From contig CALGLP010000013.1 in NCBI GenBank assembly GCA_937930175.1, positions 75,764 to 139,763 on the forward strand: a stretch of 64,000 bases of DNA, in the 5' to 3' direction. The notes below the pieces were generated by a model, which was not told the DNA's origin, searched no databases, and saw only the letters and a list, made by a program, of their open reading frames with translations. The DNA is from an uncultured bacterium. Lineage in GTDB: Bacteria; Omnitrophota; Gorgyraeia; Zapsychrales; Aceulaceae. This document shows, one piece after another, positions 47,492 through 57,015 of the stretch. Numbering within the stretch: position 1 is the stretch's first letter; each line of letters begins with the position of its first letter. The position numbers were made by a program, and so were the translations under genes.

Positions 47492-49075
47492 ATGGCAAAA
47501 AAAGTCACCAAACAAAAAGGGCTTCAGGACGGGTTAGAAAAACTCTTGACGCTTGGGAAAAGCAAGGGGTTTTTAACCTACGACGAGGTCAACGATACAC
47601 TAGCTGGTGATGTGGAGTCTTCGGAGATCGATCAGGTCTTTGATTCGCTGGAAAGTAAGGGGATTCGGATCGTCAATTCTGATGATGATATGGAGATCGC
47701 CGAAGAGTCGCACAATCCCGAACTCAAAAGCTCTAACGAGGAAGAGGAAAAAGAAGAAGTGGATTATGGGGATAAATTTATCCCCTTGGATGATCCTGTT
47801 AAAATGTATCTCAAGCAGATGGGTTCGATCCCTTTGCTTTCGCGTGAAAAAGAAATTTCTTTGGCTAAGCGCATTGAAGAAGCGGAAAATAAATTTGCCG
47901 AGGCGCTTTTTAAGCTTGTGTTTGCGCGCAAAGAAGCCATGGAGATCGTTAATAAGATCTTTACCGAAGAAATTAACGTTGAGGACGTGATCAAAGATGA
48001 GCTTGAGCGTCGTGAACGATTGCTGAAGGATTTAAAGAAGATTTTGGAGAAGGCGCGTTATTCGCGCAAGGGCACCGATGACTCAGGAAAAGTCATTGCG
48101 CAGTTTAAGCTGACATCGACGGTCAATGAAGATATTGTCCGTCAGATCAAACACATCCTCAAGAAAATTGATAAGCTTGATAAGCATATCAAGGCGCCGA
48201 CCAAGGGCGGGGCAACGATCACGCAAATGCGTCAAGAGCGCAGCGAACTTTTGAAAAAGCTCGGTGAGCCGCTGCAGCGTGTCAAGAATCAGATGCGTTT
48301 TATTCGTGTGCGTCAGGTTAGGTTTAATCATGCCAAAAAGGCCTTGGTGGAAGCGAACCTCAGGCTCGTGGTGAGTATTGCCAAGAAATATATTAATCGC
48401 GGGTTATCCTTCTTGGATCTTATTCAGGAAGGGAACATGGGGCTTATTCGCGCGGTTGAGAAATTTGAATATCAACGCGGTTATAAATTTTCAACCTATG
48501 CTACGTGGTGGATCCGTCAGGCCATTACGCGTTCGATCGCGGATCAGGCGCGTACGATTCGCATTCCGGTTCATATGACGGAAACGATCAACAAGATTAT
48601 TCGCATCTCGCGGTTATTTGTTCAGGAGAACGGACGCGAACCAACGCCTAAGGAAATTGGCAAGCAGATGCGTATGTCGGTGGCGAAGGTTAAGGAAATC
48701 TTAAAGATCTCCCAGGTACCGATTTCTCTGCAAACACCCATTGGCGATGAAGGCGACACGCATTTTGGTGATTTTATTGAGGATAAAAAGGCTGTTTCTC
48801 CGGCTAACGCGACTGTGCATTCGATGCTCAAAGAGGAAATTATTGAAGTATTGAGAACTTTGGATGATCGTGAGCGGCAGATCTTGGAGCTTCGTTTTGG
48901 GATTCGCGATGGGTCGACCAGGACCTTGGAAGAAGTAGGAAGCGTGTTTAAGGTCACGCGGGAACGTGTCCGCCAGATCGAATCCAAGGCTTTGCGCAAG
49001 TTGCGTCATCCGACACGTTCGCGTAGGCTCAAAACCTTTTTGGATATGACGGTTAAAGAAGGAGAAGGGCTATAA
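47492..49075 (+). CDS. rpoD: RNA polymerase sigma-70 factor
   Basis: Regions 1.2 to 4 including [17 protein letters not shown], the RpoD box [12 protein letters not shown], and region 4 HTH. Confidence 0.95.
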   Translation: MAKKVTKQKGLQDGLEKLLTLGKSKGFLTYDEVNDTLAGDVESSEIDQVFDSLESKGIRIVNSDDDMEIAEESHNPELKSSNEEEEKEEVDYGDKFIPLDDPVKMYLKQMGSIPLLSREKEISLAKRIEEAENKFAEALFKLVFARKEAMEIVNKIFTEEINVEDVIKDELERRERLLKDLKKILEKARYSRKGTDDSGKVIAQFKLTSTVNEDIVRQIKHILKKIDKLDKHIKAPTKGGATITQMRQERSELLKKLGEPLQRVKNQMRFIRVRQVRFNHAKKALVEANLRLVVSIAKKYINRGLSFLDLIQEGNMGLIRAVEKFEYQRGYKFSTYATWWIRQAITRSIADQARTIRIPVHMTETINKIIRISRLFVQENGREPTPKEIGKQMRMSVAKVKEILKISQVPISLQTPIGDEGDTHFGDFIEDKKAVSPANATVHSMLKEEIIEVLRTLDDRERQILELRFGIRDGSTRTLEEVGSVFKVTRERVRQIESKALRKLRHPTRSRRLKTFLDMTVKEGEGL

Positions 49076-49112
49076 ACCTAAAACGGGTTTTTACGCGAAA
49101 AAGTTGATCAAA

Positions 49113-49146
49113 AGGGCCTGTCGTTGTACACGACAGGCCCTTTTTA
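49113..49146 (+). terminator. rho-independent terminator after rpoD
   Basis: gggcctgtcg-ttgtaca-cgacaggccc followed by TTTTTA. Confidence 0.75.
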
Positions 49147-49192
49147 AGACCTGGGAGTGCGAAGAAAACTTTCTATGCAGGAATATGAAAAT

Positions 49193-49201
49193 CTGGTATA
49201 C
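49193..49201 (+). promoter_or_regulatory. extended -10 promoter element (TGgTATACT) for the tRNA pair
   Basis: TGnTATACT at 49193-49201, about 75 nt upstream of tRNA-Met. The -35 is weak. Confidence 0.35.
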
Positions 49202-49277
49202 TGACATTCAATTTTTATAAAGAGCGTTTCTTTATTAAGAAGTAGATTATTATCATACTATTAGGTACTAAACTTGC

Positions 49278-49352
49278 GGGCCCATAGCTCAGGCTGGTTA
49301 GAGCAGTTGACTCATAATCAATTGGTCCCAGGTTCAAGTCCTGGTGGGCCCA
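49278..49352 (+). tRNA. tRNA-Met (anticodon CAU; elongator-type G1-C72, could also be a lysidine tRNA-Ile2)
   Basis: Manually folded cloverleaf. Acceptor GGGCCCA/TGGGCCC. D-arm GCTC...GAGC. Anticodon loop CTCATAA. T-arm CCAGG-TTCAAGT-CCTGG. CCA is not encoded. Confidence 0.85.
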
Positions 49353-49362
49353 GTGAACGAGC

Positions 49363-49439
49363 GGGTGCATAGCTCAGCCGGTTAGAGCGCTGCCCTCACA
49401 TGGCAGAGGTCGAAGGTTCGAGTCCTTCTGTACCCACCA
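49363..49439 (+). tRNA. tRNA-Val (anticodon CAC), CCA encoded
   Basis: Acceptor GGGTGCA/TGTACCC with one G-U pair. Anticodon stem CTGCC/GGCAG. Loop CTCACAT. T-arm GAAGG-TTCGAGT-CCTTC. 3' ACCA. Confidence 0.85.
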
Positions 49440-49465
49440 TTTATTTAAAAAAGAGGGGTTGATCT

Positions 49466-50191
49466 ATGGTAGGAACATCGGTGCGTGATCAGATCAAACG
49501 GCTTGTTGAGCTTCAAAAGATCGACGCTGAGTTTTATGAGGTGCAAAATAGCCTAAAAGAAAAGCCACTTAAGGTAGAGCAACTTAAAGATGCTTTTGAA
49601 CAGAAAAAAGGTGGGTTTCATCAACTTGAAGAGAGCCTCAAGAAAAAACAGTTGGAGCGTAAAGAGCGCGAGGGGGATCTTCAGGCCAAAGAAGCGGAAA
49701 TCGCCAAAACCAATGCCCATTTGTCTTTGTTGAAAACTAATAAAGAATACAAAGCGAAGTTGACAGAAATTGAGAGCTTGAAAGCGGATAAATCAATTAT
49801 TGAAGAGAAAATTTTGATCTTATTTGATGAGATTGATAATGTTCAGGCTCAATGTCAGAGGGAAAAAGATGTTGTGGCGCAAGAAGAGAAAAAGTTTTTA
49901 GAAGAGAAGAATAAGATTGAGAATGATGTAAAGCAGCTTGAGGATAGGGTGAAGGTGCTGGCCGCGCAGCGTGACCAGAAGGCTAAGGAAGTGGGAGTGA
50001 AATTTTTAACGCAATATGAGCGTATTTTAAAAGGGAAAGAGGGTTTAGCCCTTGTCCCGGTTGTGAATAATGCCTGTGGCGGTTGCTATATGAATACCCC
50101 AGCCCAGATTATGAATGCCATCAAAGCCCATGAGGATCTTGTCTATTGCGAGTCGTGCGCGCGCATTCTTTATATCGAGGAAGATCTTTGA
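49466..50191 (+). CDS. COG1579/DUF164 zinc-ribbon coiled-coil protein
   Basis: Long coiled coil then a C-terminal C4 ribbon CGGCYMN...CESCARILY. Begins LVELQKID... Confidence 0.8.
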   Translation: MVGTSVRDQIKRLVELQKIDAEFYEVQNSLKEKPLKVEQLKDAFEQKKGGFHQLEESLKKKQLERKEREGDLQAKEAEIAKTNAHLSLLKTNKEYKAKLTEIESLKADKSIIEEKILILFDEIDNVQAQCQREKDVVAQEEKKFLEEKNKIENDVKQLEDRVKVLAAQRDQKAKEVGVKFLTQYERILKGKEGLALVPVVNNACGGCYMNTPAQIMNAIKAHEDLVYCESCARILYIEEDL

Positions 50192-50655
50192 GCAAGGCAT
50201 TAACTATTTTTATTGATGGGGCATGCCATGGGAATCCTGGTCCTGCAGGCATTGGCGTTGCGATTTTTGAGAAGGAAAAGCTTATCAAAGAAATTGCTTT
50301 ACCTTTAGGCGAGGCCACTAATAATATTGCAGAATACAGCGCTTTGATTTACGCTCTTTTGGAAGCCGCAGCGCTTAAAGTCGATTCCGTAACGATTTTT
50401 ACGGATAGTCAGCTTGCCTGTCGACAGGTCAATGGTCAGTATAAAATAAAGAATACACATTTAAAGTTTTTGCACGGCCAAGTGCTTTTATTGATGACGT
50501 TGTTTAAAAATGTTCATGTTGAGCACATTGCGCGGGAAAAGAATCAGCTAGCTGATGCCTTGGCTGGACGTTCTTTGAAAATACAAAAGAGTAGCCAAGA
50601 TGATCGCCCTGAGGAGTTTCTCTTCGGGGAGGAAAGTCCGAGCTCCAGAGGATAA
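50188..50655 (+). CDS. RNase H type-1 domain protein (RNase HI-like)
   Basis: IFIDGACHGNPGPAGIGV...NNIAEYSALIYAL...IFTDSQL...ADALA. Start inferred as the TTG at 50188 overlapping the upstream stop (TTGA). The ATG at 50146 is an alternative. The last 22 codons lie inside rnpB. Confidence 0.7.
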   Translation: MSKALTIFIDGACHGNPGPAGIGVAIFEKEKLIKEIALPLGEATNNIAEYSALIYALLEAAALKVDSVTIFTDSQLACRQVNGQYKIKNTHLKFLHGQVLLLMTLFKNVHVEHIAREKNQLADALAGRSLKIQKSSQDDRPEEFLFGEESPSSRG

Positions 50656-51002
50656 TGCATCCCGGTAATGCGGGACACCCTGCGTTTTGTTTTACGAAAC
50701 AAAACGCTAGGTAGGATTTCCGCCACAAATCGTGGCGGACCCGCCAAGTTGTTTGGCGGGAGAGCTACAGTGACGATGCCCTGCCTTCAGGCGGGGAGTG
50801 AAACGCCGCAATCTCTGCATGGAGTAAGGCCAAATAGGAGAAGACATAAAATCGTAAGATTTTATGGCGAAGCATCCCCTTCGCCACGATTCTCGGGTAG
50901 GCTGCAAGAGTCTGGAGAGCAATTTCCGGAGTGAGTCAAATGATCGTCTACCTCGCCAATAAATAATCGGGGGACACAGAACTCGGCTTATTGGCTACTC
51001 GC
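50588..51002 (+). ncRNA. rnpB: RNase P RNA, bacterial type A
   Basis: Conserved blocks GAGGAAAGTCCGAGCTCC (P4 5' strand), GGTAATGC, GGCCAAATAGGAG, CGGGTAGGCTGCAAGAG, ACACAGAACTCGGCTTATTGGCTAC. P1 pairs gagtagccaa (50589-98) with ttggctactc (50991-51000). Confidence 0.85.
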
Positions 51003-51129
51003 TATTATATGGATTTGGGGTAAAAGCGCATGCGCTTTTACCTCCTAGGGTGAACACCTTTCTTTCGCTTGAAATGGCGAACGAAGCAATGATTTAAAAA
51101 ATACAAACAGAGAAGACACGGAGGATGAT

Positions 51130-51879
51130 ATGTCAGGACATTCAAAATGGGCAACGATTAAGCATAAGAAAGCAGCCACGGATGCAAAACGAGGAGCTGC
51201 CTTTACCAAGATTATTAAAGAAGTCACGGTCGCGGCTCGCGAGGGGGGCGGGAATCCAGAAACCAACCCGCGATTGCGCACAGCGATGCAGCGAGCTAAG
51301 TTTATCAACATGCCTTCGAATAATGTGGAAAACGCGATCAAGAAAGGAACCGGTGAGCTTCCTGGGGTAACCTATGAATCCTCAACCTTTGAAGGATATG
51401 CTCCTGGAGGTGTTGCTATTTTGATTGAAACCTTGACGGACAATAAAAATCGTACGGTGGCGGAGTTGCGTATGATCCTTAATAAAAAGAATGGAAGCAT
51501 GGCTGGCGCAGGAAGCACGGCCTGGATGTTTACCAAAAAAGGATTGATCACGATTGCAAAAAATAAGGCGAAAGAAGACGAATTGATGGACATTGTTTTG
51601 GAGGCAGGCGCTGAAGACTTAAACAGTGATGGTGACCTCTATGAGATTACTACAGAAGCTTCGAAGTTCGAAGCTGTGAAAGCGGCTTTGGATGGCAAAA
51701 AGATTCAACCCGATACTGCGGAAGTGACGATGATTCCTAATTCGACGGTTAAGGTTGTGGGCAATGATGCCAGGCAGGTTTTAGCGCTTATGGAAGCTTT
51801 AGAAGATCAGGAAGATGTCCAGGCGGTGTACGCGAATTTTGATATTCCCGATGAGGAAATGGAAAAGATTTCTGAGTAG
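51130..51879 (+). CDS. yebC: YebC/PmpR-family DNA-binding regulator
   Basis: MSGHSKWATIKHKKAATDAKRG...GGNPETNPRLR signature. Confidence 0.9.
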   Translation: MSGHSKWATIKHKKAATDAKRGAAFTKIIKEVTVAAREGGGNPETNPRLRTAMQRAKFINMPSNNVENAIKKGTGELPGVTYESSTFEGYAPGGVAILIETLTDNKNRTVAELRMILNKKNGSMAGAGSTAWMFTKKGLITIAKNKAKEDELMDIVLEAGAEDLNSDGDLYEITTEASKFEAVKAALDGKKIQPDTAEVTMIPNSTVKVVGNDARQVLALMEALEDQEDVQAVYANFDIPDEEMEKISE

Positions 51880-51885
51880 GCCTTG

Positions 51886-52368
51886 ATGAGAGTTTTAGGA
51901 ATTGACCCGGGATCGTTTATTACCGGATATGGCATGATCGAATCTCGTGCCGGGAGCATTAAGTTGCTCGAAGCAGGGATCGTTAAGCCTAAGCATGCGG
52001 ATCGTCTTGAGTATCGCATCAAGAAGGTGTATGAGCATTTAGGTGATGTGATGGCGACGCATAAGCCAGAGGTGTTGATCCTTGAAAAACTTTATACGCA
52101 TGGACAGTATTTGACAACCGCGTCGGTCTTAGGGCATGTGCGTGGTGTGATTTGTCTTTTGTGCGCGCAGAAAAATATTTTGCTAGAAGAGAGCAGTGTA
52201 AAAAGGATCCGTAAGGCTGTGACAGGTAATGGGAATGCCACCAAAGAACAGACGCAAGCCATGGTTGCGCATATTTTACATATTAATCCAGATCAATTAA
52301 CCGTAGATGCCTCTGATGCGTTGGCCTTGGCCTTGGGGTATTTAAGTTTAAATCCTGATAAACGATGA
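51886..52368 (+). CDS. ruvC: crossover junction endodeoxyribonuclease RuvC
   Basis: VLGIDPGS...GYG with catalytic acidic residues. 160 aa. Confidence 0.9.
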   Translation: MRVLGIDPGSFITGYGMIESRAGSIKLLEAGIVKPKHADRLEYRIKKVYEHLGDVMATHKPEVLILEKLYTHGQYLTTASVLGHVRGVICLLCAQKNILLEESSVKRIRKAVTGNGNATKEQTQAMVAHILHINPDQLTVDASDALALALGYLSLNPDKR

Positions 52369-53006
52369 TCGCTGAAATCAAAGGTAAACTTGTTCGCAAA
52401 GATGAGCATTCGATTCTCTTGGAACTGGGGGGGCTTTATTATACCGTCCTTATTCCTGGATCGGTTTTAGCTCGCATTGACGAACAGCACGACCCGCAAG
52501 GCTATGTGCATCTGATTACCTATCATTATATTCACAATGATCCATCGCGTGGTGTGCCGATGCTTGTGGGTTTTTTAAGCGAGATTGAGAAAGATTTCTT
52601 TCTGGAGTTTATTAAAGTTTCTGGCATCGGACCGCGTGCTGCGGTTAAGGCGCTCAGTCAGCCCATCTCAGAAATTGTTCGAGCTATTGATAACGGAGAC
52701 GTCAACTTTCTAAAGACCTTGCCTGGGATTGGGATGCAGCGAGCTAAAGAAATTGTGGCGAAGCTTCAGGGTAAGGTAGCAAAATTTGGCCTTATTCAAG
52801 ATCAAGCAACCGCTACGACGTCATCGGTCAGTAAGGCTCCTGAAGGTTTCCAAGAAGAAGTGTTGACGGTGCTTTTGCAATTGCAATATAAACGGCAAGA
52901 AGCCTTGAATATGATCAAGGCCGCGCTAGAACGCTCGTCTGGGATACAGACGGCTGAAGAGTTATTAAATGAAATCTATAAACAGAGGATAAAAAGTCAT
53001 GAGTGA
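52365..53006 (+). CDS. ruvA: Holliday junction branch-migration protein RuvA
   Basis: MIAEIKGKL... OB domain, HhH motifs (LPGIGMQRAKEIV), C-terminal domain III. ATGA overlap with ruvC. Confidence 0.9.
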   Translation: MIAEIKGKLVRKDEHSILLELGGLYYTVLIPGSVLARIDEQHDPQGYVHLITYHYIHNDPSRGVPMLVGFLSEIEKDFFLEFIKVSGIGPRAAVKALSQPISEIVRAIDNGDVNFLKTLPGIGMQRAKEIVAKLQGKVAKFGLIQDQATATTSSVSKAPEGFQEEVLTVLLQLQYKRQEALNMIKAALERSSGIQTAEELLNEIYKQRIKSHE

Positions 53007-53802
53007 TCAACCGTCCCAGTATGTTCAAGGGGTTGTCGAAGCTCTTTTGTTTGTGAGTGAAAAACCTGTTACGATCGAGGAAATGAAAGAAGTAATTGGC
53101 GACGTGGATGGCCGTGCTTTACGTGAGGCCTTAGACGTGCTTAAACTCAAATACGAGAATGAAAAGCATGGCATGGTGATTGTGGAAATTGCAGGCGGAT
53201 TTCAGATGTTGAGCAACCCAGAATACGCCAATGCGATTCGTACGTTTTATCGTACCCAGAAAAAAGAAAAGTTGTCGAAGCCCGCTCTTGAATCGTTGGC
53301 TATTGTGGCGTATAAGCAGCCTGTGACGCGTTTGGATATTGAGTTGATCCGCGGGGTGAATTCTGACGGGGTGGTCACGCATCTTCTTGAAAAAAATCTT
53401 ATTAAAATGGCAGGCCGCAAGGATGTTCCTGGAAAACCATTTTTGTATGCGACCACCAAAGAATTTCTAGAATATTTTGGTTTACGTTCTCTTGACGATC
53501 TTCCTAAGCTCGAGGAGTTTGTTGCGCTTGAGGAAAATGCCACGGAGAATATCAGAGCGTTTGAAGGCGTTTCACAAGAGTTTAAAGAGCAGGCCGCAAC
53601 CGCGTCTTTAGTGAAGACGCCAAGCGAAGAGTCGACTGTTGTGCCAAGTCAGTCCCAAGAGGTTGTCGCAGATGTTCCAATCCCGGGATCAATCCAGGCA
53701 GAGGAACGCAAAGCTGTCCCCATCACAGAAAAAGAAGTTAGCGATCAGGCAGAGCCTGCTGTTAACGAGGGAGGATTCGATGAGCATTCTCAAACTGCGT
53801 AA
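52999..53802 (+). CDS. scpB: segregation and condensation protein B with a C-terminal extension
   Basis: VVEALLFVSEKPVTIEEM...GGFQMLSNPEYAN...PALESLAIVAYKQPVTRLDIELIRGV is a two-winged-helix ScpB. About 90 extra residues at the C-terminus. Confidence 0.85.
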   Translation: MSDQPSQYVQGVVEALLFVSEKPVTIEEMKEVIGDVDGRALREALDVLKLKYENEKHGMVIVEIAGGFQMLSNPEYANAIRTFYRTQKKEKLSKPALESLAIVAYKQPVTRLDIELIRGVNSDGVVTHLLEKNLIKMAGRKDVPGKPFLYATTKEFLEYFGLRSLDDLPKLEEFVALEENATENIRAFEGVSQEFKEQAATASLVKTPSEESTVVPSQSQEVVADVPIPGSIQAEERKAVPITEKEVSDQAEPAVNEGGFDEHSQTA

Positions 53803-54844
53803 GAAAATTGATGCTATTGATGCGCGGATTATTTCGCTACTCAATGATCGTGCCAAGACAAGCCTGGTGATTGGAGCAGAAAAGAAAAAGGACAAGAAGG
53901 GGATCTACGCCCCTGACCGTGAAAAACAAGTTCTTGATCGCATTAAAGAACTTAATAAAGGTCCTATGACTGCGAGCGCGCTCGATGCTATTTATCGCGA
54001 GGTCATGTCATCGTCGCTGTCATTGGAAAAGCCATTGCGCATTTCCTTTTTAGGGACGCAAGGATCTTTTACCCATATGGCTGCAAATAAAAAATTTGGT
54101 TCTCAGGTCGAATATGTTCCTTGCAACAGCATTGATGAAGTTTTTCAGAAAGTCGATCATGGAGATTGTGATTATGGCGTTGTTCCTGTTGAGAATTCAA
54201 TTGAAGGGGCCGTGACCCATACCTGCGACATGCTGGTCGATTCTGATCTAAAGATTTGCGCGCAGACAACGATTAAGGTTGAACAACATCTCTTGTCCAA
54301 AGAAAATCTAAAAGACATTCGGACCATTTATTCCAATCCGCAGTCGTTTGGGCAATGTCGCCATTGGTTGGCTGCAAATGTACCGCAGGCTGGGCAGATT
54401 TGGGTAGCCTCAAATACCGAAGCGGCGCAGAAGGCTGCGAAGCAGCGTTACTCCGCGGCGATTGCCTCAAGCCTGGCGGCCAAGGTTTACGAGGTGCCTG
54501 TGATCCGAGAGAATATTCAAGACATGGCGCACAACATGACGCGTTTTTTTGTGATCGCACGGCAAGATGTTCCTGCGACGGGAAAAGATAAGACATCGCT
54601 TATTTTTTCCATCAAAGATAAGGTGGGTGCCTTGCATGACATGCTCGTCCCTTTTCGAAAGCTCGGGATCAATCTAACCAAGATCGAATCGAGGCCATCG
54701 AAGAAAAAGGCGTGGGATTATTATTTCTTTGTTGATTTAATTGGGCATCGTGATGATGCGAAGGTCAAGAAAGCCTTAGATCAATTAGAAGGCATGTGCA
54801 AATATCTTAAAGTCGTGGGATCGTATCCCCTTGAGGACATATGA
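53780..54844 (+). CDS. pheA: bifunctional chorismate mutase / prephenate dehydratase
   Basis: N-terminal CM_2 domain (ILKLRKKIDAIDARIISLLNDRA), PDT domain (ISFLGTQGSFTHMAA), C-terminal ACT. ATG at 53780 with a GAGGGAGG RBS. Overlaps the scpB 3' end by 23 nt. Confidence 0.85.
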   Translation: MSILKLRKKIDAIDARIISLLNDRAKTSLVIGAEKKKDKKGIYAPDREKQVLDRIKELNKGPMTASALDAIYREVMSSSLSLEKPLRISFLGTQGSFTHMAANKKFGSQVEYVPCNSIDEVFQKVDHGDCDYGVVPVENSIEGAVTHTCDMLVDSDLKICAQTTIKVEQHLLSKENLKDIRTIYSNPQSFGQCRHWLAANVPQAGQIWVASNTEAAQKAAKQRYSAAIASSLAAKVYEVPVIRENIQDMAHNMTRFFVIARQDVPATGKDKTSLIFSIKDKVGALHDMLVPFRKLGINLTKIESRPSKKKAWDYYFFVDLIGHRDDAKVKKALDQLEGMCKYLKVVGSYPLEDI

Positions 54845-55953
54845 AAAATTTAGTGAAAAAAAGTATTTTGAGCGTTAAGCCTTATCTTCCAGGAAAGCCT
54901 ATTGATGAGGTCAAGCGTGAGCTGGGGATTAAGGATGTTTGCAAGCTTGCCTCTAACGAAAATCCTTATCCGCCACCTCCTAAGGTGTTGAAGGCTATCA
55001 AAGATGAATTAAAGAATTTAAATCGTTATCCGGATGGTAATTGTTTTTATTTGCGCCAGGCCTTGGCCAAAGAGTTAGGTGTTGATCAAGACCAATTGAT
55101 TTTTGGTAATGGTTCTGATGAGATCATTGTGATGGCGGTCCGTGCTTTTGCCGGTGAGGGTGACGAGGTTTTGACGGCCCGGCCCACGTTTATGATCTAT
55201 GAGATTGCGACCAAGATTTCTGGGGCGGATATTCGCATGATTCCTTTAAAAGATTTTCGTTTTGATCTTATGGCGATGCGCGAGGCGGTCACCTCGAGAA
55301 CGAAAATTATTTTTATTGCGAATCCCAATAATCCTACGGGGACCTATGTAACACATGCCGAAATGGAAACATTTTTAAAAGGGTTGCCGTCGAATATCAT
55401 TGTTTTTCTTGATGAAGCGTATTATGAGTTTGTGGGTAAAAAAGACTATCCGCAGAGTTTGATGTTGTTGCCTCGCTATCCAAATCTTATTTTGACGCGC
55501 ACTTTTTCCAAGGTGTATAGCTTGGCAGGCTTGCGTGTAGGCTATGGCGTTGCGAGCCAAGAAATGGTTGAGCTTTTAAATCGTATCCGGGAACCGTTTA
55601 ATGTTAATTCTTTGGCGCAGGTGGCAGCCTTGGCAGCTTTAAAAAATAAGGCGTATTATCGAGGGGTTAGCCAAGAAATTGCGTCTGAAAAGAAGCGTCT
55701 GTACAAGAATTTAAAAAAGATGAATATGGCTTTTGTTGAGAGTGCCACGAATTTTGTTTTGGTTGATGTCAAAGGTGATAGCCTGCAGGTTTCGCAGCAA
55801 CTTTTGCGTCAAGGGGTGATTGTGCGGGACATGGGATTTTGGGGACTTGATCAATTTATCCGCGTGACGATCGGGACTCCCAAAGAAAATGATAAATTTA
55901 TTAAAGCGCTCAAGGAGGCTTGTCCTGTTAGAGATAGTGGGAACAAAGTTTAA
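54841..55953 (+). CDS. hisC: histidinol-phosphate aminotransferase
   Basis: LASNENPYPPPP...class II aminotransferase with the PLP lysine region FSKVYSLAGLRVGY. Confidence 0.85.
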   Translation: MKNLVKKSILSVKPYLPGKPIDEVKRELGIKDVCKLASNENPYPPPPKVLKAIKDELKNLNRYPDGNCFYLRQALAKELGVDQDQLIFGNGSDEIIVMAVRAFAGEGDEVLTARPTFMIYEIATKISGADIRMIPLKDFRFDLMAMREAVTSRTKIIFIANPNNPTGTYVTHAEMETFLKGLPSNIIVFLDEAYYEFVGKKDYPQSLMLLPRYPNLILTRTFSKVYSLAGLRVGYGVASQEMVELLNRIREPFNVNSLAQVAALAALKNKAYYRGVSQEIASEKKRLYKNLKKMNMAFVESATNFVLVDVKGDSLQVSQQLLRQGVIVRDMGFWGLDQFIRVTIGTPKENDKFIKALKEACPVRDSGNKV

Positions 55954-55997
55954 ATTAACAATGGGCGCTTCGGCGTCCTATCTTTCATGAGGTTAAT

Positions 55998-57014
55998 ATG
56001 ATTATTGTTTTAAAAAGGAATGCAACAGAAAAACAGATTGAACATATTCTCGAGAAGACAAAAAATTTAGGCCTGCGCGCGCATGTATCGCGTGGCGTCG
56101 AGCGAACCATTATTGGCCTGATCGGTCCTGAAGATGTCTTGCGGGTGACGCCGTTGGAAGTCTTTCCTGGCGTCGAAGAGGTTATGCCTGTTTTGGCGCC
56201 GTATCGTTTGGTTTCGCGAGAGTTTAAGAAAGAGTCCTCTAAGGTTACCCTTCGCAAGAATCTCAAGATTGGGGACAAGAAAATTGTTATTATGGCGGGG
56301 CCATGCGCCGTGGAAAACAAAAAGTCTTTTTTATCTGTTGCAAAGAAAGTCAAAGATGCGGGAGCGAGCGTTCTCAGGGGGGGCGCCTTTAAGCCAAGGA
56401 CCTCGCCGTATGATTTTCAGGGACTTGGAGAAGAAGGGCTCAAGTATTTAAAAGAAGCCTCGGAAAAATATGGCATCGCAACGATCTCGGAGGTTATCGA
56501 TCCTCGTCACGTGGAGTTGATGAACAAATATGTTGATATCTTGCAAGTCGGGGCGCGGAATATGCAAAATTTTACACTCTTGCGCGAAATCGGTATGACA
56601 AAAAAGCCTGTGATGCTTAAGCGTGGTATTAGCGCGACAATTAAAGAGTGGCTTATGTCGGCGGAATATATTCTTTCTGAAGGCAACTTTAATGTGATTT
56701 TGTGTGAGCGTGGGATCCGCACCTTTGAAACGATGACCCGTAATACGCTGGATATTAATGCAGTGAGTGTTGTCAAAGAGCTTTCTCATCTGCCGGTTGT
56801 TATTGATCCAAGCCATGGCACAGGCCGTTGGGGGCTTGTAGGTTCTGCGGCGAAAGCCGGCGTGGCTGCGGGCGCTGATGGGCTTATGATTGAGGTTCAT
56901 GAACAACCCGAAGATGCTATGTCGGATGGTGTTCAGTCTTTGGTTCCTAAGAAATTTGGAAATTTAGTTAAAGAATTAAAGAAGATCGCTCTTGCGATTT
57001 CAAGGGATGTTTAA
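55998..57014 (+). CDS. 3-deoxy-7-phosphoheptulonate (DAHP) synthase, type I-beta with an N-terminal regulatory domain
   Basis: N-terminal ferredoxin-like/ACT-type domain, then a KDO8P/DAHPS-type TIM barrel (IMAGPCAVEN...LRGGAFKPRTSPY...GARNMQN...LKRG). Confidence 0.85.
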   Translation: MIIVLKRNATEKQIEHILEKTKNLGLRAHVSRGVERTIIGLIGPEDVLRVTPLEVFPGVEEVMPVLAPYRLVSREFKKESSKVTLRKNLKIGDKKIVIMAGPCAVENKKSFLSVAKKVKDAGASVLRGGAFKPRTSPYDFQGLGEEGLKYLKEASEKYGIATISEVIDPRHVELMNKYVDILQVGARNMQNFTLLREIGMTKKPVMLKRGISATIKEWLMSAEYILSEGNFNVILCERGIRTFETMTRNTLDINAVSVVKELSHLPVVIDPSHGTGRWGLVGSAAKAGVAAGADGLMIEVHEQPEDAMSDGVQSLVPKKFGNLVKELKKIALAISRDV

Positions 57015-57015
57015 T

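Noticed and set aside
50504-50934. Several 65-90-aa ORFs on both strands (50504..50728, 50544..50747, 50668..50934, 50707..50922)
   Set aside because: They fall inside the RNase P RNA gene, which has all conserved type-A blocks. The G+C-rich structured RNA produces spurious open frames.
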